The position numbers were made by a program, and so were the translations under genes. Below, one piece after another: positions 27,115 through 38,904 of a stretch of DNA of 64,000 bases. The stretch is from Selaginella moellendorffii (taxonomy: Eukaryota > Plantae > Lycopodiophyta), in assembly GCF_000143415.4 (NCBI RefSeq), contig NW_003314334.1, forward strand, positions 1 to 64,000, read 5' to 3'. Under the pieces are notes generated by a model that saw nothing but the letters and a program-made list of their open reading frames with translations, ran no database searches and was not told the origin of the DNA. Positions within the stretch are counted from its first letter, which is position 1. Each line of letters opens with the position of its first letter.

Positions 27115-27665
27115 CAGACTCGGACTCGGACTCGGACTCGGACTTAGGCTCGGGCTTGGTCTCGGCCTCCGCCTCAAGCTCGGTCTCGGTCCCGGTCTCA
27201 GTCTCGGTCCCAGTCTCGGTCTTGACCTCGGACTCCATCTCGGGTCCTTCTTGGACTCCATCTCAGATTCCATCTCGGGTCCATCTCGGACTCTATTTTG
27301 GACTCCGTCTCGGTCCATCTCGGACTCCGTCTCAGTCCATCTTGGACTCCATCTTGGACTCCGTCCCGGTCCATCTCGGACTCCGCCTCGGACTCCATCT
27401 CGAACTCCACTTCGGACTCCATCTCGGACTCCACTTCGGACTCCATCTTGGACTCCATCTCGGACTCCATCTCAGACTCCACCTCGGACTCCATCTCGGA
27501 CTCCATCTCGGACTCCATCTCGAACTCCACCTCGGACTCCATCTCGGACTCCGTCTCGTTCCATCTTGGACTCCATCTCAGAGTCCGTCTCGGTCCATCT
27601 CGGACTCCACCTCGGACTCCATCTCGGACTCCACTTCGGACTCCATCTCGGACTGCATCTCGGAC
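27115..27665. repeat. Tandem hexamer/dodecamer array (CTCGGACTCCAT)n inside LTR A
   Basis: Visible directly; it generates the spurious ES/ME, SDSI, LGLH and RTPS ORFs. Confidence 0.95.
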
Positions 27666-28232
27666 ACTTCCATGTGTCATGTGTTGGTCCTTTTGGGTCC
27701 CTTTTTGGAGCCTCGCTTATTGCTTGCTTCCTACTTGTTCCTTGAGCACTTTGTTGGGAGTTCCACTCCCGCTCTCAACCTTCCAAGTCAGAGCTTTTAG
27801 TCCAAATGTGTTACGCTCGTTTGGCTTTCGCTTCGGCCACTACCACGTGGCACCCTTCCGGCTCCACTTTGGGGCCTAGGGATTTTGTGTCTCACATGAG
27901 CATAAAGCGATTGATGAATGAGTCTCTAGAAAGGGATACAAGGATTGATATATAGCAAGTGTTGTCAAAGAGTCCTAGATAGAGTAGTTTGAGAAGGAAT
28001 CCAAGATGGAGTCCAAAAAAGAGTCTGAAATAGAGTCTAAGAAGGAGTCTGAGATGGAGCCCAAGGCCGGGTTTGAGACATCAAGTTGGGTAGCTTGGTG
28101 AAGTGTTAAAGAGCTGGCTCTAGCTCCTTTGGGAGATCGAATGGTCGATGCTCCCAATTCAAGTGTGGGTGGCTTACAACTTGGTATAGAGCTGTTTCTT
28201 AGTCTGAATTTTATTAGTGGTTAAGTATATCA

Positions 28233-28754
28233 CTAGTTGGTATTAGCATTGAAAGGTCCCAAGAGTGGATTTATCCTGAAGGAGTAGCATGTCAAGAGAG
28301 CATGATTGTCCATTGTGGGAGAGATGAGCTGTAAGTCCTTCCAACAAATCTGAGGCTGATGTAGTTGGAACCAAGGAAGACCGAGCACCACAGAGGAGGA
28401 CTTGCTCTTGATGATGTTGAAGGTGATATTGGTGATGGTGGACCCAATGTGTACTCGAACAGGCAACGTTTCCCTAAGTCCAGAAGATGGAGACACAAAA
28501 TGCCCGCCAATGCCTTCAACCCTCAGATCCCGTATGGTAGGAGAAAGAGGAACGTGATGTCGGGCAGCAAAGTCCGTGTCCATGAAGCAGGAAGTTGCAC
28601 CCGAGTCCAGTAGCGCCAAAGCCTTAAGTCCTGATTGTCCGGTGAAAGAAAGGAGACATGGGACGCGGAAGTTGCGGGAATTGGTGGTGGCTTTGATAAA
28701 AGGTGGTGAGGAGCTTGATAAGGAAGAAAAGTGATTTTTATTCAGGGAGTCCAA
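28233..28754 (-). pseudogene. pol: Retropepsin protease (start of pol, truncated) of element D
   Basis: 'ALLDSGATSCFMD..FA', 'VVLGLPW..LHQPQI.W'. Confidence 0.85.
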
Positions 28755-28765
28755 ATAGACAGCTC

Positions 28766-29743
28766 CTACTCTGTTTGGATAGGGTCGTTTCCCGACTGCA
28801 ACAGAGGTGGACTTTGAGGCAGAGTGAACTCAAGCAATCGGGGAGGCTTCTTGGGACACACAGCTGCTTTGTGATTAGGATCAGCATAGTAGAGGCAAAG
28901 ATTATGAGATATTCGACATTGCTTCTCAACAGGACTCAACTTCCCTCTAATGAGTCGGGGAGTACCAGAAATATCCATCGGGACCGGAGCAGTAGGTTCA
29001 GGACTATGCCCCAAAGACTCAAGCTGGGATTCCTGAGTCTGGGATGGAAAAACAGCGGCGCGGCGACTTTCCTGATGATGTTCAAAGAGACGATTGTCAC
29101 ATCGAACAGCTTTGTTGATGGCGTCTGACAGGTCCTTGGGATCCTCCATGGTGAGCAACAAATCCTTGACACCGTTGTTGAGGCCGAAACGAAATTGGTC
29201 AATCAGGGCCCGCTCATCCCACTGAGTGTCCAAGGCAAGGAGTTGGAACTCTGCAGCGTAGATCGAGGCAGGACGAGACCCCTGAGAGAGACGTCTCATC
29301 TTTGTGGTAGCAGCCCGAACCCGATCCGTCTCGCCAAAACATGCTTCGAGCTTCTCTTTAAACAATTGAAGATCCATTAGCTCCGGAACCACAACCCCTT
29401 TCATGCTCTTCTCCAGAAGAGGAGAAAACCATGACAAAGCTGCACCCTCGAGCAACGTCTCAATCGCGCCGATTTGAGACTCGGGAGTGGGGTACCGCCG
29501 ATGTTGAAGTGCAAAGATCAGCTCCATTTGGTTCAAAAATCCACGAAGCTCCGAACGCTTGCCTGAAAATTTCACCGGGAAACTCACCTTCGGTTCAGGA
29601 ACTTTGCTGGATCCTTGAGCCAAAAGTGAAGCAAGCTCCTGCTGCATGCGAAGAAGGGTCGCCTTCAGCTCGGTATTCTTAGACTGGATTTTTGCAAGGA
29701 CTTCAGCAAAGAAATCAGGATGGCTTGGAGACTCCATTGGCAA
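28766..29743 (-). CDS. gag: Retrotransposon Gag (sushi/RTL-like) of element D
   Basis: 'PEPKVSFPVKFSGKRSELRGFLNQMEL', 'LSQGSRPASIYAAEF', 'FRFGLN', 'PMDI', degenerate zinc knuckle. Confidence 0.85.
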   Translation of the reverse strand: MPMESPSHPDFFAEVLAKIQSKNTELKATLLRMQQELASLLAQGSSKVPEPKVSFPVKFSGKRSELRGFLNQMELIFALQHRRYPTPESQIGAIETLLEGAALSWFSPLLEKSMKGVVVPELMDLQLFKEKLEACFGETDRVRAATTKMRRLSQGSRPASIYAAEFQLLALDTQWDERALIDQFRFGLNNGVKDLLLTMEDPKDLSDAINKAVRCDNRLFEHHQESRRAAVFPSQTQESQLESLGHSPEPTAPVPMDISGTPRLIRGKLSPVEKQCRISHNLCLYYADPNHKAAVCPKKPPRLLEFTLPQSPPLLQSGNDPIQTE

Positions 29744-30229
29744 GAAGAAAGAAAAGAAAGGGGGAAAAAGACAAAGGCAATCAAATAATCAAAACGAGCT
29801 AAAAGAAAAGCAAAAACCACAATCTGAATCAAATTGTCAAGACCCCCAACAAGATCAAGAGTAGAAAATGCTAAAGACAAAGAGAAAAAGCTAGTGAAAA
29901 CAAAGAAGAGGCCTTAGACTGGCGTTGATTCAGATTGTGGAGAAATGGAACAAGGCTAACCTATATATACTATAGGTTGATGAAGCTCCACCACTCTTGG
30001 ATCGAGGACGGCCTAAATATAGTTGAGGTCAAGGAGGCGCCACATCAATATCAGGAATGTGGCTCGAGACTCAGGAATCGGGAAGTGTCTTGAGAGTTAG
30101 GAATAGGGAAGTGTCTCGAGAGTCAGGAATAGGGAAGTGTCTCGAGAATCAGGAATGTGGTCTGCAGGTCAGGAATCCGGCAAGAGTCAGGAATATGGCA
30201 AGAATTGGGGAATTCCTGACAAATGCCTC

Positions 30230-31329
30230 TGTAGAAGGCCTTGTTCAGCAGCCGCTCGTTTACAGCCCATGAGTCCTCCTGAGTATGCACTCTAGAGCTC
30301 CAAGCCACGAATTCCCTCTGCTGTAGTTCTGCTTCCCTCTGATCCAGGGCCGCCTGCCACCTTCCTGCGTCCTTGGCCGTCAGCACCATCCTCTGAGCTG
30401 CTGCCACCTTCTTCCTTGCTAGGCGCAGCTCCTTCATTACTTCACCCTTTATTGCCCTCTGTCTCTCTCGCAGCTGGTCCGAGCAGTCTTGTAGCACTGT
30501 GGTGAGCACCAGTTCGCTTCCCTCCAGAATCTGCCAGGGTGTGGATTGAGATGGCTCGCTGCACTGCTTTACCTTTGTCTTTCTGGAGCTTGATTGTACA
30601 CCAGACTGGGTCGTGGTCCAAAAAAGAGGGGAAACACAGCCACGTCTTGAGACTCCCGCCATCTTTTCTCACTCTAGGGGAAGCGTAGATCCTGTCCAGT
30701 CGTGACTGACAGCTTGTTGACTCCCGACGGGTGTAGGGATGTGCATGGGGGGCGAATCCTTCCTCGTGCTGCAAGTCCACGAGGTCCAGCTGTTCTGCCA
30801 GTGCCAGCCATTGCAGTTGTTCCCGGCCTTGGATGGTCTCTTGGCCTCCTCTCTTGTCCTCTGTGTTCTCCACCATGTTAAAATCCCCTAGCACCAGCCA
30901 ATGCTCTGCCCAGCCTCTTGTTTTCAATCGAAGTTCTTCCCAGAAAAGGGTTTGAGCCTGTCTGTTGGTTGGGGCGTAGACGTTTAGGATCCCCACTCAT
31001 CCAAAATGTAGGCTGAGCACCAGGAGCTGCGCTCTCCCCGGCACCAACACTTCATGATCCCTTGCTTGTGCTGACCATCTGGTGGAGACCACAATGGCTG
31101 TGCCCCCCCCTGGCCTAGACCGAGCTGCATTCCACCAAGTTTTCCCTCTCATGCCGAAGTTGTAGTCCGGTTCAGCGTCCATCTTATGTTCCTAGATGCA
31201 TAGAAAGTCTATCCCGCCTTCCAGTCCCAACTCCCTTATATGCGACTTGAGTTGGATTTTTTTGTGGAGCCTATTGTCCGTGGAACTGAGGCCTCGGCAA
31301 TTCCACGTCAAGCATGTTAGGGTCGTCAT
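30230..31329 (-). pseudogene. LINE ORF2 APE endonuclease domain (RT part missing)
   Basis: Motifs as above; stops at 31192 and 30997, frameshift near 30660. Confidence 0.85.
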
Positions 31330-32070
31330 GGCCCGACATACTTCCAGGAGAACCTGTTGGTGCTTGGCTGCGCCCTCCACTCTGTGGAGATGGTCCACAC
31401 TGCTGTTGGCTTCCCTCGGTGTCTGGCCCAAGAGAAGCCCCGTACCATGTATTTTGCGAATCCTGTCCACTCTGTTATCGCTCGCTCCATCCGAGTCTGG
31501 TAGTCTCCGAGAGCTACTATCTCTGGGAAAGTCCCATTTCCCCGCTGGACCAGCCAATCTCCTGCCTCTGATGTTGCCAGCTCTCGCTTTGGGGGAATCC
31601 ATCGGATCGCCAAATTCACTGTTTTGGGGAGTACTGTCTGGAAGCCTTCCATGCTGGTTTCCACTGAGGGACCTTCAAAAAGCCTGCACTTGGAGCCCGA
31701 ACCTGCTACAGGTGGGGCCATCGGGAACCTGATGTGCGGGGCACTAGCTGGTTCACGTTATAGTAGCATCTTTTCTTCCTCCACTGGAAGCTCGAATGGC
31801 CGTTCCGGGGCCAGTTTCTCCGTCCTCGCTGTACATGCCATCTCCTGGTGGCCCAGCTTCTGACAGATCCTGCATCTTCTTCCTGTGACCTCTGTTTGGA
31901 CCCTGATGTATTGTCCCAATACAGCCAACAACGTTGGGGTCTCTGCTGGAGAGTCTACAAAGACTTTTAGCCTGATCGGCCCTAGCACTCCGCCAGCTTC
32001 CACAGTATCCAGCCCTAAAGCAATATTCCCAATACTGCTTTCCACCAACTCTTTCACCACGTCCTGTGAT

Positions 32071-33254
32071 TGTAAGGAACCAACTCCCCGAGATGTCGTA
32101 GGCTAAAGGATCCCCGAAAGCTTGACCGAAATGACAAAGAGTTCATCGGATAGGACCAAGTCGAAGATCGAGTCCAAGACTGACTTTGAGACCGAGTTCG
32201 AGATAGAGTCCGGGATCGAGCCGAGGCCGAATCGGAGACCGAGATCAAGACCGAGTTCAAGACCGAGTTCGAGACGGAGTCCGAGATCCAAATCGGGTCC
32301 GAGACCGAGTCCGAGGTCGAGTCAGAAGTCGAGTCTGAGATCGGGTCTGAGATCAAGTCCGAGATCGAGTCCGAGACCGAGTCTGAAGTCGGGTCCGAGA
32401 CCGAGTCCGAAGTCGGTTCCGAGATCGAGTCCGAGATCGATTCTGAGACTAAGTCCACATACTAATATAGCTCAAGGGGTGAAAGCCCAAAGTGTGTGTC
32501 TCCCAGGGGGGGGGGGGGGGCTGCAGGGGGTTCCAAAAGTATAGTAGGGATAGTGAGGTCCAGAAACCAGTCTTGAAGGAACTCTCCAGTGGTGCTTCCA
32601 AACTGACTTGAGGTTGAGACTTGGGCCGAGGGGCCTTGGGTGGGAGTGAGCATGGGCTTGGGTGGTGCCGGAGGGGCCACCCAGGGAAGTGCTCAAGAGC
32701 AGCTCCCACTCCTGAAAGGGAAACTGACTGCGGTGCTCCCGGCTCATGTGGAGTGGTGCCCCACTTAAGTACCTTGTGGCTCATTGGTCCTCGCCCTTCC
32801 TAAGGGCTTGGGCCTTCCCTTCGGGATGGAAGTGGGGGGTAGAGGTACCCATACTAGGCCGTTAGGCCACGGTGTTTCATCCCGACGTCCCGAAGCAAGT
32901 GCTGCACCCAAGGCTTAGGATTTAGAGGGTCCCATGATCAAGTCTTGTAGTACCAAGAGGTGTTAGGAATCTTGAGGCTTGGTGTGCTTGGCTGCTTGTG
33001 CCTGCTGGGAGTGTAGCCGAACCTTAAGTCCAGTCTAACCCAAGGAGGGGGATTGGGAGAGATTTGGGAATCCGTAGATGGATGGCTAACACTCCATTGC
33101 TCATGCAGTGAGTAGCTGAAACCAAGTAGGACCAAGTGGGAGCTGGTACCATAGGCGAGAACCTTGGCGAGGGAACTTTGCACAATCCAAAACAGAGTTG
33201 ATCGGATAGACGAGGTAAGCTGACAAATTGGAAAAGAAAAATTTGTGGCTTACA
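32071..33254 (+). repeat. 5' LTR of element B
   Basis: Direct repeat of 43631-44788; followed by PBS. Confidence 0.95.
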
Positions 33255-33313
33255 ATTTGGTATCGGAGCCTGTTCCTCAGTTCTAGCGAAGGATAGAGGC
33301 AGATTGCTGGGAG

Positions 33314-36300
33314 ATGCCAAGGGCAGGACGTAAGCGAACCCAGACGGAGATGGAACCTCCTCCAGAGCTGGAGCCTCCGGTTGAACAGGAGGCTATGGAT
33401 GAGGAATCCTTGCATGACAGGACTCTAGTGAGGCAACTTCCAAACAGGAGTCTGGTGGTGAGGTTCGGTCGTCCAAGGCTCGATTGGACGTTCTAGAAGG
33501 ACAATTGGCACAAACCAATGCCCTGCTAGAGACTCTCGTACGCAAGTTAAAGCGTGACGAGAAGCGGAAGAAAAAGCGAAAGACTGCAGATGCTGGCAGT
33601 GTAGAGGGTGCAGACCCTTCGGTAGGCACTGAGGCAGAACCAAACAAGGTCGAACAGACCGAAGTGGAATCAGTCCCTCAGGCAGTTCCCAAGTACAAAC
33701 GAAAGCCCCCACCAGTCTTCAAGGGAGTGAATGACTATAAGGTGGTGGAGGATTGGTTTTATGATATGGAGGACTACTTCCGAGCGTTGCGGTTACCAAG
33801 CTCGGAGAAAGTCCCATGTGCAAAACCATACTTGGCAGATAATGCCAAGTCTTGGTGGAAAACGACAGAGGCCAACGAAGGACCAGTGGCCACTTGGGAA
33901 ATGATGAAGGCGAGGATTCGTGCGACTTATGTTCCTCCGAATGCTACTCTGCATCTAAGAGACGAGCTGAGTAGGCTGAGGCAGACCGGAACCATTCAGG
34001 AGTATGTGAATGGGTTTATGGCAAAGAGGATACTTGTCACGGACATGGGGGATATGGATGCGTTCCATGCCTTCATATCAGATTTGCAAACCTAGGCTCG
34101 CGGTGAGGTGATGTGGTGGAACCCGACCAATTACAAGGAAGCGTTGGATGCAGCCATCAAGGTGCATTTCAACGATAACCTGCGAAAGGGAAACACGACG
34201 GGGTCGGGGTCCACGTTTAGCAAAGGGGCCAAACCAAGGGGAACGTATAGCCGAGGGAAATTCAAGAAGAGTTTCTCTAAGAATGAGTCCTCGGGGTTCC
34301 GGAAAGGCAAATCCGGTGGCCAGCGAGCGAGTACGTGGGGGAGTGAAGCGAAAAGAGACAAACTCACGGATAAGAAGGTCAAGTCATATAGCAGCGTGGG
34401 AAACAACGTATGCTACAACTGCGGTGAAGTGGGACACTTTTCGAGGGAATGTCCCTACCCGAAGAAGGCCAGAGCCAATATGGTCATCAAGTCGGGTGAA
34501 GTCTAAACTGAGGTATGTGATCCAGTCCCTAACTCAAAGTTACTCATTACACGAGCAACTTTGGTAGAGAGTTGTTCGCGACATCTACTAGCCCTCCGAG
34601 GGAAGCTCGAAGGTAGCTTTGTTAAGATCCTTATTGACACAGGTGCTTCAGATAATTTTGTGGCTGCAGATATAGTCCGGCAAGCCGGACTAACAGTGCA
34701 GCGGCTAGGCGAACCAAGGACTATAGAGTTTGTTCAAGGTAGCCAAAGCACCGATGAGGTACTTCGACAAGTGAGAGTCGAAGTGGGGACATGGAAGGTG
34801 GACATGGATTTCACCGTGTTAGACATATCGGGATTTGACGTGATCTTCAGAATGGATTGGTTCCATCTGTTCGTGGTAGCCTTGCATGGACAAGGTAGAA
34901 ACCTTGTGGTACTGGCAAATGCCACAGGAAGAAGATCTAGGGTGGAGGCCCAAGATCTAAAGGTAGGGCAAAGCAAGGCCAAAGAATCCTGCTTAAACCT
35001 GGTGTCCACAAGAGGACAACTCACTAAAGGAACTAAGGCAGCCTTTTTGTGCTTACTCTTGGTGAAGAGTGATAAAAAGACAGGAACGGAAGAAGTACCT
35101 TTAGTGATCCAGTGGGTGTTGGACCAATTCCAGGATACCATGCCGGAGGAGCTACTGGCGGGGTTGCCCCCAACACGACCGATAGAACATAAGATTGAGC
35201 TGGTCGAGGGTGCTGAGGCGGTGGTTCGTCCTCCTTATCGTTTGAACGAAAAAGAACTCAAGGAGCTCAAATGCCAACTAGAGGAGTTGGTGGACAAAGG
35301 GTATGTTAGGTTGAGCAAGTCACCGTATGGGGCGCCAGTGTTATTTGTGAAAAAGAAAGATGGATCTATGCGCATGTGCATAGACTACCGATTGCTCAAC
35401 AAATATACAAAGAAGAACAAGTACCCTTTGCCAAGGATTGAAGACCTGTTCGATAGGTTGGGAAAGGCAAAATACTTCTCGAGGATTGACCTAAGGTCAG
35501 GATACTACCAGATCAAGGTAGCCGAGGAAGATGTCGAGAAGACAACTTGTCGAACGAGGTATGGGAGCTTTGAGTTTCTGGTGATGCCCTTCGGGCTATG
35601 CAATGCGCCGGCAATGTTTTCGGCACTGACGAACCACATCTTTGTACCCTATCTGGATCACTTTGTGGTCGTCTATATCGACAACATCCTGATTTATAGC
35701 GAGACGCTAGAGGAGCATGCCAAACACTTGGCGAAGGTGTTTGAGAAACTAAGGGAACACAAACTGTATGCTAAAGAGAGCAAATGTGACTTTGCTCAAC
35801 AAGAGGTAAAATTTCTCAGGCATGTGGTGGGTCAGGACGGGCTCAAGGTGGACCCAGAGAAGGTCCAAGTGATCCAGGAATGGGAGCGACCATCGAATGT
35901 ACATGAGTTGAGGGCATTCTTGGGGCTATGCAACTACTACCGACAGTTTATCAGACACTATTCGAGAGTAGCCCTGCCCTTAACGGACCAAACAGGAAAA
36001 GGGAAGATGGTATGGACAGCGGAATGTGAGGTAGCATTCGTCCACCTCAAAGGGAAGTTGAGGAAGGCTCCCGTGTTGGCATTACCAGACTTTGGTAAGG
36101 ACTTTGAGGTAGAAATAGATGCTTCGGACTTTGCGTTGGGCGCAGTTTTGAAGCAAGACAACCATCCGGTAGTGTTCTTCTCGAAGAAGTTGGACAAGGC
36201 TCAAAGGAAGTGGCCTGCCCACAAGAAGGAACTATTTGCGGTGGTCAAGGCTCTCAAGGAGTGGCGACACTACCTTGGGAGACACTTCAAGTTTTACACG

Positions 36301-38084
36301 GACAATGTGGCAACGAAACACTTCTTGTCACAGCCCGACCTGAGAGGGAAACAAGGTCGGTGGGCCAATGCCTTGGCCGAGTTTGATTGCAAAATTCTGT
36401 ACAAGCCTGGGAAGAGCAACATCATGGCAGATGCACTAAGTCGAAAAGCGAGCTTGAGGTTGGCAATATCCAGTGCAACAGCAACCTTTTGGGACGATGT
36501 GCAGACAGCATATGAGAACGATGGTCTAGCACAAGAAGTGTTGTTGAGGAATCTAGAGGCACGGAAAGCTCACCAGAGAGGTGAGCTACCAACGGAAGAG
36601 AAAACGGGCTATGCGGAATGCAACAGACTCATCTATTACAAGCAAACGAGGGTGTATGTTCCAGAAAGGGAACTAAGGAAGGCAGCCTTAGAAGAGTGTC
36701 ATGACGGACCTCTTGCGGGGCACGGCGGAGTGCCCAAGATGATGGGCTTACTCAAGAGGAAGTACCATTGGCCAGATATGGCTAAGGACGTCCAAGACTA
36801 TGTAAAAACATGTCTAACATGTCAGCAGGTAAAAGCCGTGACTAAGGCTAGTGGGGGCTTGTTGCAAAGCATCCCAATTCTAGATTGTCCGTGGAAATGT
36901 CTTACGATAGACTTCATCACGGGACTCCCCCCAAGCGAGGGGTTTGATGCGATATTCGTGGTGGTGGACCGATTTTCGAAAATGGCACATTTCATACCCA
37001 CCATAACAGAGGTGGATGCGGAAGGTGTGGCGAAGCTATTCTTCGAAAAAGTGGTTCGAGTGCGGGGAAGACCGGAAGAGATCATCTCAGATCGAGATAA
37101 GATCTTCACCAGTAGGTTCTGGAGGACTCTCCTGGAACAGTATCGCACCAAGTTGAAATTCAGCACAGCCTATCACCCATAGACAGGTATGGGGTATTAA
37201 GTCAAGTTGTTGGCACTAACACTTCTTGACAGACGGACAAACGGAAAGGGTGAATAGGCAGCTAGAGGATTATTTGCGATGCTATGTCTCGGGAGACCAG
37301 ACCGATTGGGTAAGTCATTTGGGACTTGCGGAAATGTGTTATAACAACTCACCACATTCGAGTGTCGGGGTGAGTCCATGGGAAGTCATCAATGGGCGAG
37401 CTATTGAAGGTCCTGTGGAACTCGGCGTGGCCGAGTATCATGGAGAGTTGCACGCAGTGGAGGCATTCACGGCGGAAAGACTCAGCATTTGGAATCTAGT
37501 GAGGGATTCCTTGGAATGGGCTCAACAAAGGCAAACCAAATACGCGAACCAGAAGCGTCGGGATGTAGAGTTCCAAGCTGGGGAGAAGGTGTGGCTGAAC
37601 ACCAAGAACCTCAGACTACCAAGTGGGATCAGTCGAAAGTTGACCCGAAGGTAAAGATGCATGTATTCCTGTAAATGAATTGATCTTGAGTTCCTTAAGC
37701 AGGTTCGCGGGTCCTTACGAGATTGAGGCACGAATCGGTAAAGTGGCTTACTGTCTCCGACGTCCTCGAGAGATGGGGAAGATGCATCCAGTGTTCCACG
37801 TGAACTTACTCAAGCCGTACCTTGAGGATCCGCTTCACAAGGACCAAGTGAGACCTTTACCTGAGGTTATCCAAGGGGAAGAGGAATACGAAGTCGAGGC
37901 CATCCTCAATGCGCGCAAGAGCAAGCGACAAGGACGTGACGTGAGAGAGTTCCATATGAAGTGGAAAGGATTTCCATACTACGAAGCAACATGGGAACTA
38001 GAGGAGAACCTAGCGAACGCGCGAGATCTAGTGGAGGAATTTCTGCAAGGCAAAACTCTATGTACTTATGCAAAGTTCAATTAA
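33314..38084 (+). pseudogene. gag-pol: Gag-Pol of element B with chromodomain; nonsense mutations and two introns in the integrase
   Basis: CYNCGEVGHFSREC knuckle, LIDTGA protease, RT (YIDN, mutated), RNase H, HHCC and DDE integrase, chromodomain 'EYEVEAIL..KWKGFP..EATWE.EENL'. In-frame stops at 34093, 34504 and 37180; introns 37187-37232 and 37651-37702. Confidence 0.9.
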
Positions 38085-38373
38085 AAATATCAATTTGCAA
38101 AGTTGAGCAAGTGGCATATGTTGGGACCCGAAGGTGCGCCGAAGGTAAGCTAATTAGCATGGGTTGGATAGGTCGACCAGGCGTAGGGCACTACGCCCGA
38201 CTCCCTGTGGGGATGTCAAATCCGTAGACGTATTCTACGGAGGTTGGGTTTGAGTCCCAACCCCCTAGTAAAGCAAGGCTTGGTTCAAGTCCCGACCCCA
38301 TACTAGGGCGTGGTGAGGTGAGGGGTATAGGGACACCTATATTTCGTTGTCATGGGCTCTTGGCCGGGGAGAT

Positions 38374-38491
38374 TGTTAGGCACCAGGTCAGGATAATAGG
38401 ATAAGGAAAGGGCCCTGCAATCAAGTGATCACCCCTTTAGCCAGTTGGCTTAGGGTGTAAGGGATAGGATCCTAACATTGGTATCGGAGCC
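38374..38491 (+). mobile_element. 104-bp LTR (TGTTAGG..CCTAACA) with tRNA-iMet PBS; TRIM-like fragment
   Basis: Perfect 7-bp terminal inverted repeat at 38374-38477, then TTGGTATCGGAGCC. Confidence 0.75.
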
Positions 38492-38904
38492 GAGTTCGAT
38501 TCTCGTGGCTGACGAGTGGGGCAGGAATATTCTGAAGGAATATTCAACATGGTGGATCTAGCTTGGTCGGCCATCGCAACCAATCCTCTGATACCAATGT
38601 TATGATTCGGCACAAAAAGACAAAGATCTCGTTGCCCTAGACTATGCTACGCCACCTCTTGAGGTTCCTCACCACCCAACCACCCCCGAGCTACCTCAAA
38701 AGCTCCACTGCGCCGCCGCTCCACTGTGAGCCCTAGGGTAGGTTAAGTCCCTTACCCTAACATGCCTTAATATACCCTTGAGCCTCCCTTTGACCGACGT
38801 TGACCACGTAGTCAAAGCTGGCGCCTAACAATTCTTCCCCCCCAACAAAGTCCTTGTCCCAAGGACGAGTTGTACCGGTGATCACCCTTTCTGGGGAATC
38901 CTGC

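Larger units (their letters stand above)
25497..27896 (-). mobile_element. Solo LTR, family A, inserted into a related LTR
   Basis: Reverse complement of the 13438 copy; perfect TSD TGAGC (25492-25496 / 27897-27901). Confidence 0.9.
25333..28192 (+). mobile_element. Family-A-related LTR (host of nested insertions) followed by a degenerate tRNA-iMet PBS
   Basis: Starts TGTGAGAC (25333), is interrupted at 25497-27901, ends GGCTTACA (28178), then acTTGGTATAGAGC. Confidence 0.7.
28233..30221 (-). mobile_element. 3'-truncated Ty3/gypsy element D (Tf1/sushi/Tcn1-like): LTR 29835-30221, self-priming PBS, gag, protease
   Basis: LTR with TGTCA..TGACA termini and a TATA; PBS 29817-29832 is complementary to 29925-29940; gag and protease ORFs follow. 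Confidence 0.85.

Noticed and set aside
26921-27879. Repetitive ORFs (ESEM, SDSI, LGLH, RTPS), also at 9.1, 13.7, 32.1 and 43.7 kb
   Set aside because: Stop-free translations of LTR hexamer arrays, open in several frames at once.
32645-32700. Weak 5S-like similarity in LTR B (gggcttgggtggtgcc..gggaagtgctc)
   Set aside because: Too divergent to support without alignment statistics.
38361-38373. PPT making the 104-bp LTR the true 3' LTR of element B
   Set aside because: B has matching 1.2-kb LTRs with TSD GTGAT, and GAGAT is better explained as the TSD of the nested insert.
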